A DNA stretch of 64,000 nucleotides from Alphaproteobacteria bacterium UBA830 (GTDB lineage Bacteria > Pseudomonadota > Alphaproteobacteria > MPNO01 > UBA830), in NCBI GenBank assembly GCA_002295635.1, contig DBHK01000025.1, positions 135,898-199,897 on the forward strand, in the 5' to 3' direction. This document shows positions 18,957 to 27,515 of the stretch, in pieces. How positions within the stretch are numbered: the stretch's first letter is position 1; each line of letters starts with the position of its first letter. Both the position numbers and the translations under genes were made by a program. The notes below the pieces were generated by a model that saw only the letters and a program-made list of their open reading frames with translations, did not search any database and was not told the origin of the DNA.

Positions 18957-21620
18957 GTGGGGATCCAAGTGGAAACAAGCATTTACCGTTACGTCATGAA
19001 GTATTCGCTGCGTCAGCAGGTCATTCTGACGCTTATGGCGATTGCGTCGTTCCCCTTCTTATATGCCTTTTACGAATTACCAAAGATGATCGTTAACGGT
19101 GCAATTCAAGCCAAAAGTGTCAGCTTTCCAACTACGATGGTGGGTGTTGAGTTAGACCAAATTAACTATCTCTGGGTCCTGTGTGCCGGTTTTCTCATTC
19201 TTGTGATTGTTAATCAGGCGTTTAAATACGCGATCAATCTCTACGCAGGGATAACGGGCGAACGTATGTTGCGCCGGCTACGTTTCCAGCTATACGGTAG
19301 AATTCTGAGGTTTCCGCTACCACAGTTTCGAAAAACATCATCGTCCGAAATGGTGACTATGATCACCGCTGAGGTCGAGCCGTTGGGCGGGTTTGTCGGC
19401 GATGCTTTTAAGTTACCGGTATTCCAAGGCGGCTACCTACTAGTCATTCTCGCGTTTTTGTTTGTTCAGAACTGGTTTATGGCGCTTGCCGCGATCGCGC
19501 TATACCCACTCCAGGGCTACCTGATCCCGAAGCTGCAAAGCCGTGTAAGAGTGTTTAGCAAGCAAAGGGTTCGTTTGGTGCGTCAGCTGTCCGACCGTAT
19601 CGGCGAAACAGCAAATGGTGTTGTTGAAATTCATTCAAATAACAGCGCTCGGCGCGAGTTGGCTGAATTTTCTGGCCGCCTAGGGGCCTTATACGATGTC
19701 CGCCTCCAGATTTATATTTGGAAGTTTATAATCAAATTCCTGAATAATTCGATAAATCAACTCGGCCCATTTTGCTTCTACGCGATTGGTGGCTGGCTAG
19801 CAATAAAGGGCGAACTCGAGATCGGCACACTTATGGCAGCTATCGCCGCCCATAAGGACCTCGCAGCACCCTGGAAAGAACTTCTGAATTTTTATCAGCG
19901 TCAAGCAGATGCAAAAATTAAGTACGAGCAGGTGATGGAACAGTTCCAGCCGCCAGGAATGATGGAAGAAAGTCGCCAGGTAGGTGAACCAGAGTCGGTG
20001 GAGCCGCTGCGTGGCGACGTTGTAGCCTCTGGCCTGTCCTTGGGGGATGACACGGGCGCCACGCTGGTCGATAGTGCCTCTTTCACCTTTGATACCTCCG
20101 AACATGTCGCAATGGTTGGTGGTGGCGGTTCCGGGAAGGAAGAAACGGCCCAGCTTTTAGCAGCTCTTCTGGAGCCAACTGGAGGCGGCCTACAGATCGG
20201 CCCAGAAAAGCTTGGGGATATGCCGGAGGCAGTCACAGGCAGAAGGCTCTCTTACGTTGGCGCATCGGCTTATCTATTCTCGAATACTATTCGCGATAAC
20301 CTGCTCTACGGCGTCCAACATCTACCTCTAATAGAACCCAATTACACCGAAGACGAACGCCGAATTCATGAAAGTCGGTTGTCTGAGGCTACTGCTTCGG
20401 GCAATTCCACCGACGACCTCAATGCCAACTGGATAGACTATAACGGTGCTGGCGTACCGGATGATGACGCTCTTCTCAAACGCATCTTCGATGTTCTGGA
20501 AATGGTCAAGTTGGATCAAGATATCTATACCCTAGGACTTCGCAGCGTCGTTGATCCGACGGCCCAGTCAGGCTTAGCAGATAAATTCTTGGAGGCCCGA
20601 AACGAATTTCGTAGTCGCGTTACTGACCCGGATATTGCCGCGCTGGTCGAGGGGTTTGACTCGGAGCGTTACAATCAAAATGCTACACTTGGAGAGAACC
20701 TGCTGTTCGGCACCCCGGTAGGGCCCTCTTTTGATATGGATCGCCTTGCTGAAAACGAATATGTAATTTCTGTCCTCGACGGCCAAGGCCTGACGAGTCG
20801 AATGCTCGAGGCCGGCCAGCAGATCGCCTCTACTATGGCTGAAGTATTCGCGGGGCTGTCCGCTGGGCATCCGTTCTTCGAACAATTCAGTTTCATATCA
20901 TCCGAGGATCTTCCGGAACTTCAGTCGATCCTAACGCGGATCAGCCGTGATGGGATAGATGCGATCCGACCAGAAGAACGAACTATGCTTCTATCTTTGC
21001 CATTCAAGATTTCCCCTTCGCGCCATCGTTTAGGGGTGATCGACGATGCCCTCCAAGAGCAAATATTGAAAGCCCGTCACGCCTTTTCAGAAAATCTCCC
21101 GGACGAACTGGAGGGGGGGATAGAATTTTTTGATAAGGACACGTACAACTCGGCCGGGACACTACAAGATAATATCTTGTTCGGGAAACTTGCTTACGGT
21201 CAAGCGGGCGGCGCCGATCGGGTCGGTGAAATTGTATCCGCGATTATCAGCGACCTTGGCTTGCGTAACATCGTGATGGAAGTTGGCTTAGATTTCCATG
21301 CCGGTATAGGCGGAGGACGGCTTTCCAGCGCCCAACGACAGAAGATCGGTATTGCTCGGGCAGTTCTTAAACGGCCTGATGTACTTATCTTAAATGAAGC
21401 CACTGGAAGCCTAGATGGGGCAACACAGACGGCGCTACTCTCCAACCTGCGTGACGAAATGAGTGGTCGTGGAGTGGTATGGGCACTAAACCGTGCAACT
21501 ATGGCAGAGAGTTTTGACAAGATCTTAGTAATGAAGTCCGGACGTGTCACTGAACAAGGTAGCTGGGATGAACTCAACAGGGAGGGTTCGGATTTTTACG
21601 AACTTCTGCAGTCTGAATGA
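18957..21620 (+). CDS. Atypical ABC exporter-like protein: type-I exporter TMD fused to an expanded, motif-degenerate NBD
   Basis: The N-terminal ~330 aa has the TM-helix pattern of ABC_membrane domains. The C-terminal part carries GGGGSGKEE, LSSAQRQKIGIARA and VLILNEAT. The start is uncertain: GTG at 18957 or 18969, or ATG at 18996. Confidence 0.8.
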   Translation: MGIQVETSIYRYVMKYSLRQQVILTLMAIASFPFLYAFYELPKMIVNGAIQAKSVSFPTTMVGVELDQINYLWVLCAGFLILVIVNQAFKYAINLYAGITGERMLRRLRFQLYGRILRFPLPQFRKTSSSEMVTMITAEVEPLGGFVGDAFKLPVFQGGYLLVILAFLFVQNWFMALAAIALYPLQGYLIPKLQSRVRVFSKQRVRLVRQLSDRIGETANGVVEIHSNNSARRELAEFSGRLGALYDVRLQIYIWKFIIKFLNNSINQLGPFCFYAIGGWLAIKGELEIGTLMAAIAAHKDLAAPWKELLNFYQRQADAKIKYEQVMEQFQPPGMMEESRQVGEPESVEPLRGDVVASGLSLGDDTGATLVDSASFTFDTSEHVAMVGGGGSGKEETAQLLAALLEPTGGGLQIGPEKLGDMPEAVTGRRLSYVGASAYLFSNTIRDNLLYGVQHLPLIEPNYTEDERRIHESRLSEATASGNSTDDLNANWIDYNGAGVPDDDALLKRIFDVLEMVKLDQDIYTLGLRSVVDPTAQSGLADKFLEARNEFRSRVTDPDIAALVEGFDSERYNQNATLGENLLFGTPVGPSFDMDRLAENEYVISVLDGQGLTSRMLEAGQQIASTMAEVFAGLSAGHPFFEQFSFISSEDLPELQSILTRISRDGIDAIRPEERTMLLSLPFKISPSRHRLGVIDDALQEQILKARHAFSENLPDELEGGIEFFDKDTYNSAGTLQDNILFGKLAYGQAGGADRVGEIVSAIISDLGLRNIVMEVGLDFHAGIGGGRLSSAQRQKIGIARAVLKRPDVLILNEATGSLDGATQTALLSNLRDEMSGRGVVWALNRATMAESFDKILVMKSGRVTEQGSWDELNREGSDFYELLQSE

Positions 21621-21687
21621 CACGAGTTGATATGAAAAAACCGCAGGACCAATTCATGATTTTCGCGACATCGGCAAGGAGAAACCA

Positions 21688-22134
21688 GTGAGCCTGAATG
21701 AAGAGGTAGAAGCCCTGCGCAGGGTGCCACTGTTTGCCAAGATCGAACCGTCAAAATTGAAATTACTCGCATTTACCAGCGAACGCTTGACCTTCGCTGC
21801 AGGCCGCGAATTGTTTCACGAGGGCGATGCAGGCGATGCCGCTTATATCATTCTCGAAGGAAAGGCTGATATCGTCATCGATACCCCAAACGGGGAGTTA
21901 GCCGTCGCAAAGGTCGGTAAAAATGATCTGATTGGCGAAATTGCCATACTGATCGACGTTCCTCGAACAGCCACAATCAGAGCGGAAACAGAACTCACCG
22001 CTCTTGTAATTACCAAGGATTTATTCTTCCAAATGATTAACGAGTTCCCGGACATGGCGGTAGAGATTATGCGGGAACTAGCCCATCGCCTAGAAGCTAC
22101 GACGTCGCAGCTACGCGAAGTCAGCAACGGGTAA
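21688..22134 (+). CDS. Stand-alone cyclic nucleotide-binding (CAP/CNB) domain protein
   Basis: The motifs are PLFAKIEPSKLKLLA, FHEGDAGDAAYIILEG and the phosphate-binding cassette GEIAILIDVPRTATIRA. AAGGAG lies 7 nt upstream of the GTG start. No effector domain is present. Confidence 0.85.
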   Translation: MSLNEEVEALRRVPLFAKIEPSKLKLLAFTSERLTFAAGRELFHEGDAGDAAYIILEGKADIVIDTPNGELAVAKVGKNDLIGEIAILIDVPRTATIRAETELTALVITKDLFFQMINEFPDMAVEIMRELAHRLEATTSQLREVSNG

Positions 22135-22157
22135 AAATCCAGGAACCCGACAAGTAT

Positions 22158-22649
22158 ATGAGCAGACTGGACTCTTTTATCCGGCGTGTTTCGGCGCAAC
22201 GAGATTGCCTTAACTTGGCTAAGGAGCTGATAGAGGATACGCCGGGGCCAGTTCTCGAACTGGGTCTCGGAAACGGCCGCACCTACGATCATTTACGTGA
22301 ACTGTTCCCCGATCGGGCCATTTTCGTTTTCGACCGCCGTATCGCTGCTCATCCGGAGTGTATTCCTAATGAAAAATATATGATCCTTGGTGACATTGTA
22401 GAAACACTAGCATCCGCCACAGATCGCATCGGTGGTAAAGCCGCCCTCGCCCACTGCGATATCGGTACCGGTGTTAAGGAAAGCAATGCTAAGCTGATCG
22501 CCGAGATCGCGCCGCTAATAGACGCGCTGATGATTCGGGGCGGGATCGTGTGTAGCGACCAAGAATACTCCGTCGAAAACTGGTCCCCTGAGCCCCTGCC
22601 CGCCGGCATACGGTCGGGTCGCTATTTCATCAATCGTGTAGGCTATTAA
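22158..22649 (+). CDS. Small class I SAM-methyltransferase-fold protein (hypothetical)
   Basis: The glycine-rich loop VLELGLGNGRTYDHL is followed by the acidic strand IFVFDRR. The protein is 163 aa and the gene sits 23 nt after the CNB gene. Confidence 0.55.
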   Translation: MSRLDSFIRRVSAQRDCLNLAKELIEDTPGPVLELGLGNGRTYDHLRELFPDRAIFVFDRRIAAHPECIPNEKYMILGDIVETLASATDRIGGKAALAHCDIGTGVKESNAKLIAEIAPLIDALMIRGGIVCSDQEYSVENWSPEPLPAGIRSGRYFINRVGY

Positions 22650-22778
22650 GAGAACGCCTGAATAGCCGCAATCCAACGGGAGGATTATCTACCATTATAA
22701 TGTTTCTGTGCCGATGGCCTACGAATCATAAAGATCCTTGCCATTAATCAAGCATGGCTCTCTGTAAGGCTCAAGACC

Positions 22779-25112
22779 TCAAGAGAGTCGGACACGCCGA
22801 AGGCGCAGCGCATTTCCTATAACGGATACTGATGACAGGCTCATTGCTGCTGCCGCAAACATTGGTGACAGTAAGATGCCGAACACCGGGAAAAGCACTC
22901 CCGCCGCAATCGGCACCCCTAGTCCATTGTAAATATATGCGAAGAAAAGATTCTGTTTGATATTACGCATTGTTGCTCTTGCCAACAACCGGGCGCGAAT
23001 GATACCGCTTAGATCGCCTTTTACGAGCGTGATGCCTGCTGTCTCCAGAACAACATCTGGTCCAGTCCCCATTGCAATGCCCACATCTGCAAGTGCTAGC
23101 GCAGGGGCATCGTTAATGCCATCACCAGCCATGCCAACCTTGTCGCCACATAGGGTGATATTTTTAACCAGACGGGCCTTGTCTTCTGGCAATAGTCCTG
23201 CATGGATAATTTCAATATCCAATTCTTTGGCTACTGCCCTTGCCGTTTTCTCATTATCCCCAGTCGCCATTACGATGTGAACACCGTCACGGCGAAGGCG
23301 TGAAAGCGCGGCTGGCGCCGTCTCTTTAATTGGGTCGGCGAACCTTAGAATCGCCGCGACCGCGCCATCAATCGCAAGGAAAGATACGGTCTCACCATTT
23401 TCTCGATAGCTGTTACAACGGGCATCGATATAAGCAATATCTATATCGACTTCCGACATCATTGCCCGGTTTCCAAGTACAATACGGCGATCATCAACCC
23501 GGGCCGAAACACCCTTACCAGTGATAGAGGAAAACTCGGTAGCATCGGCCAGAGGAATAGACCGCGTTTCTGCAGCCAAAACAATCGCCGCTGCAAGCGG
23601 GTGTTCTGATCCGCGTTCCAGCGCGGCAGCCAATCTCAGAATTTGAGCCTCTCGGATATTCATCATAACGTCTATGCCAACAAGAGTCGGCCGGCCGGCG
23701 GTCAGAGTGCCGGTCTTGTCAATTACCAGCGTATCAATCGTTGCCAGTTGTTCCAGCGCCTCTGCGTCTCGTATCAGGACTCCGACGCTCGCTCCTCGGC
23801 CTGTTGCTGTCATAATAGACATGGGCGTGGCAAGACCGAGTGCACAAGGACAAGCAATGATGAGAACAGAAACTGCAACAACCACGGCGTGACCGATACG
23901 AGGATCCGGCCCCCAAGAAGACCAGACCATAAATGCAGCTATCGCCGCCAAAATAACAGCCGGCACTAATATAACAGCGATCCTATCGGCAATATTCTGG
24001 ACTGGCGCACGGCTACGCTGGGCTGCAGAAGCCATTTCGACAATACGTGACAGCAACGTATCACCCCCAACGCAGATTGCTTCCATGACCAATTGCCCTT
24101 TGCCGTTGAGGGTAGCGCCGCTGACCAAGTCACCAGGCCCTTTTTCAACAGGGCTAGGCTCACCGGTAATCATCGATTCGTCTACCGCAGATATCCCATC
24201 GACAATCCGTCCATCAGTCGGAATTTTCTCACCTGGCCGGATCCTGAGCAGATCACCTACTCGGACCTCGTCCAGAGCGATTTCGTTTTCTGAGCCGTCA
24301 TCATTCACTCGGCTAGTTTTTTTCGCGGCAAGGTCTAACAGAGCCCGCAGCGCAGTACCGGTTTTCTCACGCGCACGGAGCTCAAGAATCTGCCCCAACA
24401 CCACAAGCACTATGATGACCGCGGCTGCTTCAAAATAAACACCGACCGAGCCGTCCGGTTGACGAAAGCTCTCTGGGAACTCATCAGGTATCAGAGTCGC
24501 GGTCAGGCTGAACAGATAAGCAGCGCTCACGCCAATAGAGATCAGGGTAAACATATTTAGATTGCGATTGACTACTGATCGCACACCACGCTCTAGGAAT
24601 GGCCAGCCGCACCAGAGAACTACTGGCGTTGCTAGAAGCAGCTCTACCCAAGTAGTCGCGCGGACGCTCAACCAGTCTTTAATGGGAAGCCCAATAATCG
24701 GGCCCATCGTAATCACGGAAATCGGTATGGTGAAAAGCATCCCGACTAGGAGTCTACGATAAAAATTTAGGAGTTCCGGATTTGGGCTAGCATCGGAGCC
24801 TGGAACGGCCATAGGCTCAAGAGCCATACCGCAGATTGGACAGCTACCGTGGACCTCCTGAACAATTTCTGTATGCATAGGGCAGATGAACATCGTTCCG
24901 GCCGGTACGTTAGCGGCGGCTTCTAGATGAGCACCGGATATAAAATATTGTGGGTCTGCGGCAAAGCGATCGCAGCAGCGCTGGCTACAAAAATGATACT
25001 TCTCACCGTTATACTCGTGATGCGGTTTCTCGGATGTAATATCCACGGACATACCGCACACTGGGTCTATGGCGGTATATTCTTGGGAAGAGGTCTCAGG
25101 AAGTTGAGGCAC
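22779..25112 (-). CDS. Heavy-metal (Cu/Ag-type) translocating P1B-type ATPase
   Basis: All the core motifs are present: CPC ([13 protein letters not shown]), DKTGTLT, SEHPLA and [10 protein letters not shown]. The N-terminal Cys-rich modules are CGMSV...[12 protein letters not shown] and CPMH...CPICGM. Confidence 0.9.
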   Translation of the reverse strand: MPQLPETSSQEYTAIDPVCGMSVDITSEKPHHEYNGEKYHFCSQRCCDRFAADPQYFISGAHLEAAANVPAGTMFICPMHTEIVQEVHGSCPICGMALEPMAVPGSDASPNPELLNFYRRLLVGMLFTIPISVITMGPIIGLPIKDWLSVRATTWVELLLATPVVLWCGWPFLERGVRSVVNRNLNMFTLISIGVSAAYLFSLTATLIPDEFPESFRQPDGSVGVYFEAAAVIIVLVVLGQILELRAREKTGTALRALLDLAAKKTSRVNDDGSENEIALDEVRVGDLLRIRPGEKIPTDGRIVDGISAVDESMITGEPSPVEKGPGDLVSGATLNGKGQLVMEAICVGGDTLLSRIVEMASAAQRSRAPVQNIADRIAVILVPAVILAAIAAFMVWSSWGPDPRIGHAVVVAVSVLIIACPCALGLATPMSIMTATGRGASVGVLIRDAEALEQLATIDTLVIDKTGTLTAGRPTLVGIDVMMNIREAQILRLAAALERGSEHPLAAAIVLAAETRSIPLADATEFSSITGKGVSARVDDRRIVLGNRAMMSEVDIDIAYIDARCNSYRENGETVSFLAIDGAVAAILRFADPIKETAPAALSRLRRDGVHIVMATGDNEKTARAVAKELDIEIIHAGLLPEDKARLVKNITLCGDKVGMAGDGINDAPALALADVGIAMGTGPDVVLETAGITLVKGDLSGIIRARLLARATMRNIKQNLFFAYIYNGLGVPIAAGVLFPVFGILLSPMFAAAAMSLSSVSVIGNALRLRRVRLS

Positions 25113-25169
25113 TAAAGGCTCCGAAAGAATTTTCTAGAGTGATTTAACGCTGTAGATCCGAAGCTGCAA

Positions 25170-25964
25170 TCATTCTCCAAGGTCAATATCTACCCAAACC
25201 GGGACGTGATCGGACGGTTTCTGCCAACCGCGGGCCTCCTTGAACACTCCCGCGTCTCTCACATTCTTTGAGAGCAGTGGGCTGACCCAAATGTGATCTA
25301 AACGACGACCTCGATTGCTACCCGGCCAAGTGCGGTTTCGGTAACTCCACCAAGAATAAAGTTTCTCCTCTTCCGGGATGATGGCGCGAACCGCATCAAA
25401 CCAACCGTGACTAGCCTGCCATGTTAAGAGCCCTTCAACCTCCCTTGGAGTGTGACTGACAACTTTCAGAAGTTGTTTGTGCGACCACACATCGTTTTCG
25501 TGTGGTGCTATATTCAAGTCACCCACCAATATTCGCCTTCCTCTATTTGAAAGTCCTTTTGACCAAGCGGTCGCTTCCTTCAAGAAATCTAACTTGTGCG
25601 CGAACTTTTCGTTAGTTTTGGGGTCAGGCTCGTCACCCCCGGCAGGAACATAGAAATTATGAAGTTCTACCGCGTCACCAATGTCTGCGGCGACGTGCCG
25701 ACAGTCTTCAAGAGCACACCAGTCCCGCGCCCCAGCATCGAGTAGCGGCGTCCGCGAGAGAATGGCGACGCCGTTATATCCCTTCATGCCACGGATAAGC
25801 TGATACGGATACCCGAATCCGGAAATGTCATCAGCGGGGAAATCCGAATCTTGGGCCTTGGTTTCCTGTAGACAGATAAAATCCGCGTTCAATCGGCCAG
25901 CGATACGCTTCAGTGTTTCCAGCCTTAGTCGTACCGAATTTATATTCCACGAGACGATTCTCAT
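25170..25964 (-). CDS. xthA: Exodeoxyribonuclease III
   Basis: MRIVSWNINSVRLRL...ICLQETK and the C-terminal PSDHVPV are hallmark motifs of the EEP/ExoIII family. Confidence 0.9.
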   Translation of the reverse strand: MRIVSWNINSVRLRLETLKRIAGRLNADFICLQETKAQDSDFPADDISGFGYPYQLIRGMKGYNGVAILSRTPLLDAGARDWCALEDCRHVAADIGDAVELHNFYVPAGGDEPDPKTNEKFAHKLDFLKEATAWSKGLSNRGRRILVGDLNIAPHENDVWSHKQLLKVVSHTPREVEGLLTWQASHGWFDAVRAIIPEEEKLYSWWSYRNRTWPGSNRGRRLDHIWVSPLLSKNVRDAGVFKEARGWQKPSDHVPVWVDIDLGE

Positions 25965-25977
25965 GATGGAGCGGTAC

Positions 25978-26772
25978 CTACTCTGCAGCCAGTTTTACAT
26001 TGGCCCGAGCAGTCGCGCGCGCGCGGCAAGCATCACCAAAGCTGTGCCACAGGCCTTGCGAAAGGATGTTCGCCTCGAAACGCCACTCCACATGCCATTG
26101 CACGCCCACGCAGAAAGTTTCTGTATCTTTATAACTGATTCCCTCAATCACTCCGTCTGGAGCCGATACACATTCAATTTCGAAACCGGGGGCGACCTCG
26201 TCTACTGCCTGCGCATGAAGAGAATTCACCATGATTTCTCGGCTATCACAGATTTTATGGAAGAAGCCGTTCTCTGAGGTCACCACAAGGTGCCTTTCAC
26301 TAAATTTGTGTTCCATGTCACCCTCCCTAGGCATTCGGTGATCATTAAACCCCTCGACTTCGTGAACACGGTAATGCAGCGTCCCGCCCATGGCGACATT
26401 AATCTCTTGGATGCCCCGACATGAGCCAAACACTGGTATTCCCTGTTTTACACATTCCCGGATCAGTGGAAGGACGGTATTATCTCTCGGGGGGTCGCGA
26501 ACCTCGTCATCAGGAAACGGTTTACCGTCGTAATGATGGGGTTCGACATTAGCGCGACCGCCGGTCAGCATTAGCCCGTCAAGACGGCTTGCGAGATCTT
26601 CAAAATCATAATCATCCGCCAGCGCAGGAATGATCATCGGCACCGCTCCGGCACCATCGTATACGCCGCGAATATAACGCTCCCCGACACCGTGCTGCGC
26701 CAATGAATGGGCTGGTAAGTAAATTTGGCTGGCGGGAATTCCAACGAGAGGCTTCAAGGCACTATCAACCAT
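25978..26772 (-). CDS. Gamma-glutamyl-gamma-aminobutyrate hydrolase-like class I glutamine amidotransferase (peptidase C26, PuuD-like)
   Basis: The nucleophile elbow is GSCRGIQEINVAMGG and a later QWHVEW motif is present. The size is typical of this family. Confidence 0.75.
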   Translation of the reverse strand: MVDSALKPLVGIPASQIYLPAHSLAQHGVGERYIRGVYDGAGAVPMIIPALADDYDFEDLASRLDGLMLTGGRANVEPHHYDGKPFPDDEVRDPPRDNTVLPLIRECVKQGIPVFGSCRGIQEINVAMGGTLHYRVHEVEGFNDHRMPREGDMEHKFSERHLVVTSENGFFHKICDSREIMVNSLHAQAVDEVAPGFEIECVSAPDGVIEGISYKDTETFCVGVQWHVEWRFEANILSQGLWHSFGDACRARATARANVKLAAE

Positions 26773-26845
26773 ATGGAATGGCTATCACACAGCCGCATTA
26801 ACGGCAATGGAAGGCAACTTTAATTCCGCTTTAGTAGTGCGATTA

Positions 26846-27472
26846 TTACTCTGATTCACTCTCGAATTTAGTTTCGTCAAACTCGAATACGGCGTCCGGG
26901 ATCATCACGTTAAACTCCGGCGCGGCGAGTATAACTGAAGTCGAAACGCCCTGCGCATCGGTGACCACCCACTTTCGCAAGGATAGTGGCCTTTCTGCAA
27001 ATGCCATAACGAATTTGCCATCCTCAGGCTCATCCGTCTTGAAGATCTCGATCGACAGCGTGTTGGCACTACGAAAGATGCGGCGTACGGTCACATCGCC
27101 GCTTAGCTCTATTTTTTTTCCTACTAGGAAGCCTGCTGGCGTCAATTCTAGTGGAACATGAGCTACTTCATTAAGTTCCGTATCGACATGCGCTAGCCAG
27201 AACCCATTTGCGTATACCTGAATATTAGGGGGCCGGATATATTGTAGACGCACCTTCTTCGGCCGTTTGATATATATATTGCCCTCAGCAAATTGGTTGC
27301 CAGACGAATATTGCATGAACTTGCTGCGCAGCGATCTCATACTATTGAGATATTCCTCTACCCGCGCTATATCCGCTTTATCCTGTGCGGTAATAAAGTA
27401 TTCACCCCGCAAAGGAATGCTCACTGTCAGAAATGACAGGGCGATTACTCCATAAAGAATTGTCCGCTTCAT
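26846..27472 (-). CDS. lolA: LolA-family outer-membrane lipoprotein carrier protein
   Basis: It has a signal peptide (MKRTILYGVIALSFLTV) and the pattern SLRSKFMQ...GNIYIKRPKKVRL. It lies immediately downstream of ftsK, which is the conserved ftsK-lolA arrangement. Confidence 0.7.
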   Translation of the reverse strand: MKRTILYGVIALSFLTVSIPLRGEYFITAQDKADIARVEEYLNSMRSLRSKFMQYSSGNQFAEGNIYIKRPKKVRLQYIRPPNIQVYANGFWLAHVDTELNEVAHVPLELTPAGFLVGKKIELSGDVTVRRIFRSANTLSIEIFKTDEPEDGKFVMAFAERPLSLRKWVVTDAQGVSTSVILAAPEFNVMIPDAVFEFDETKFESESE

Positions 27473-27515
27473 TAACCTTCTTATAAGGCCCGAATTCAGC
27501 AAATGTAAGGTGGTT

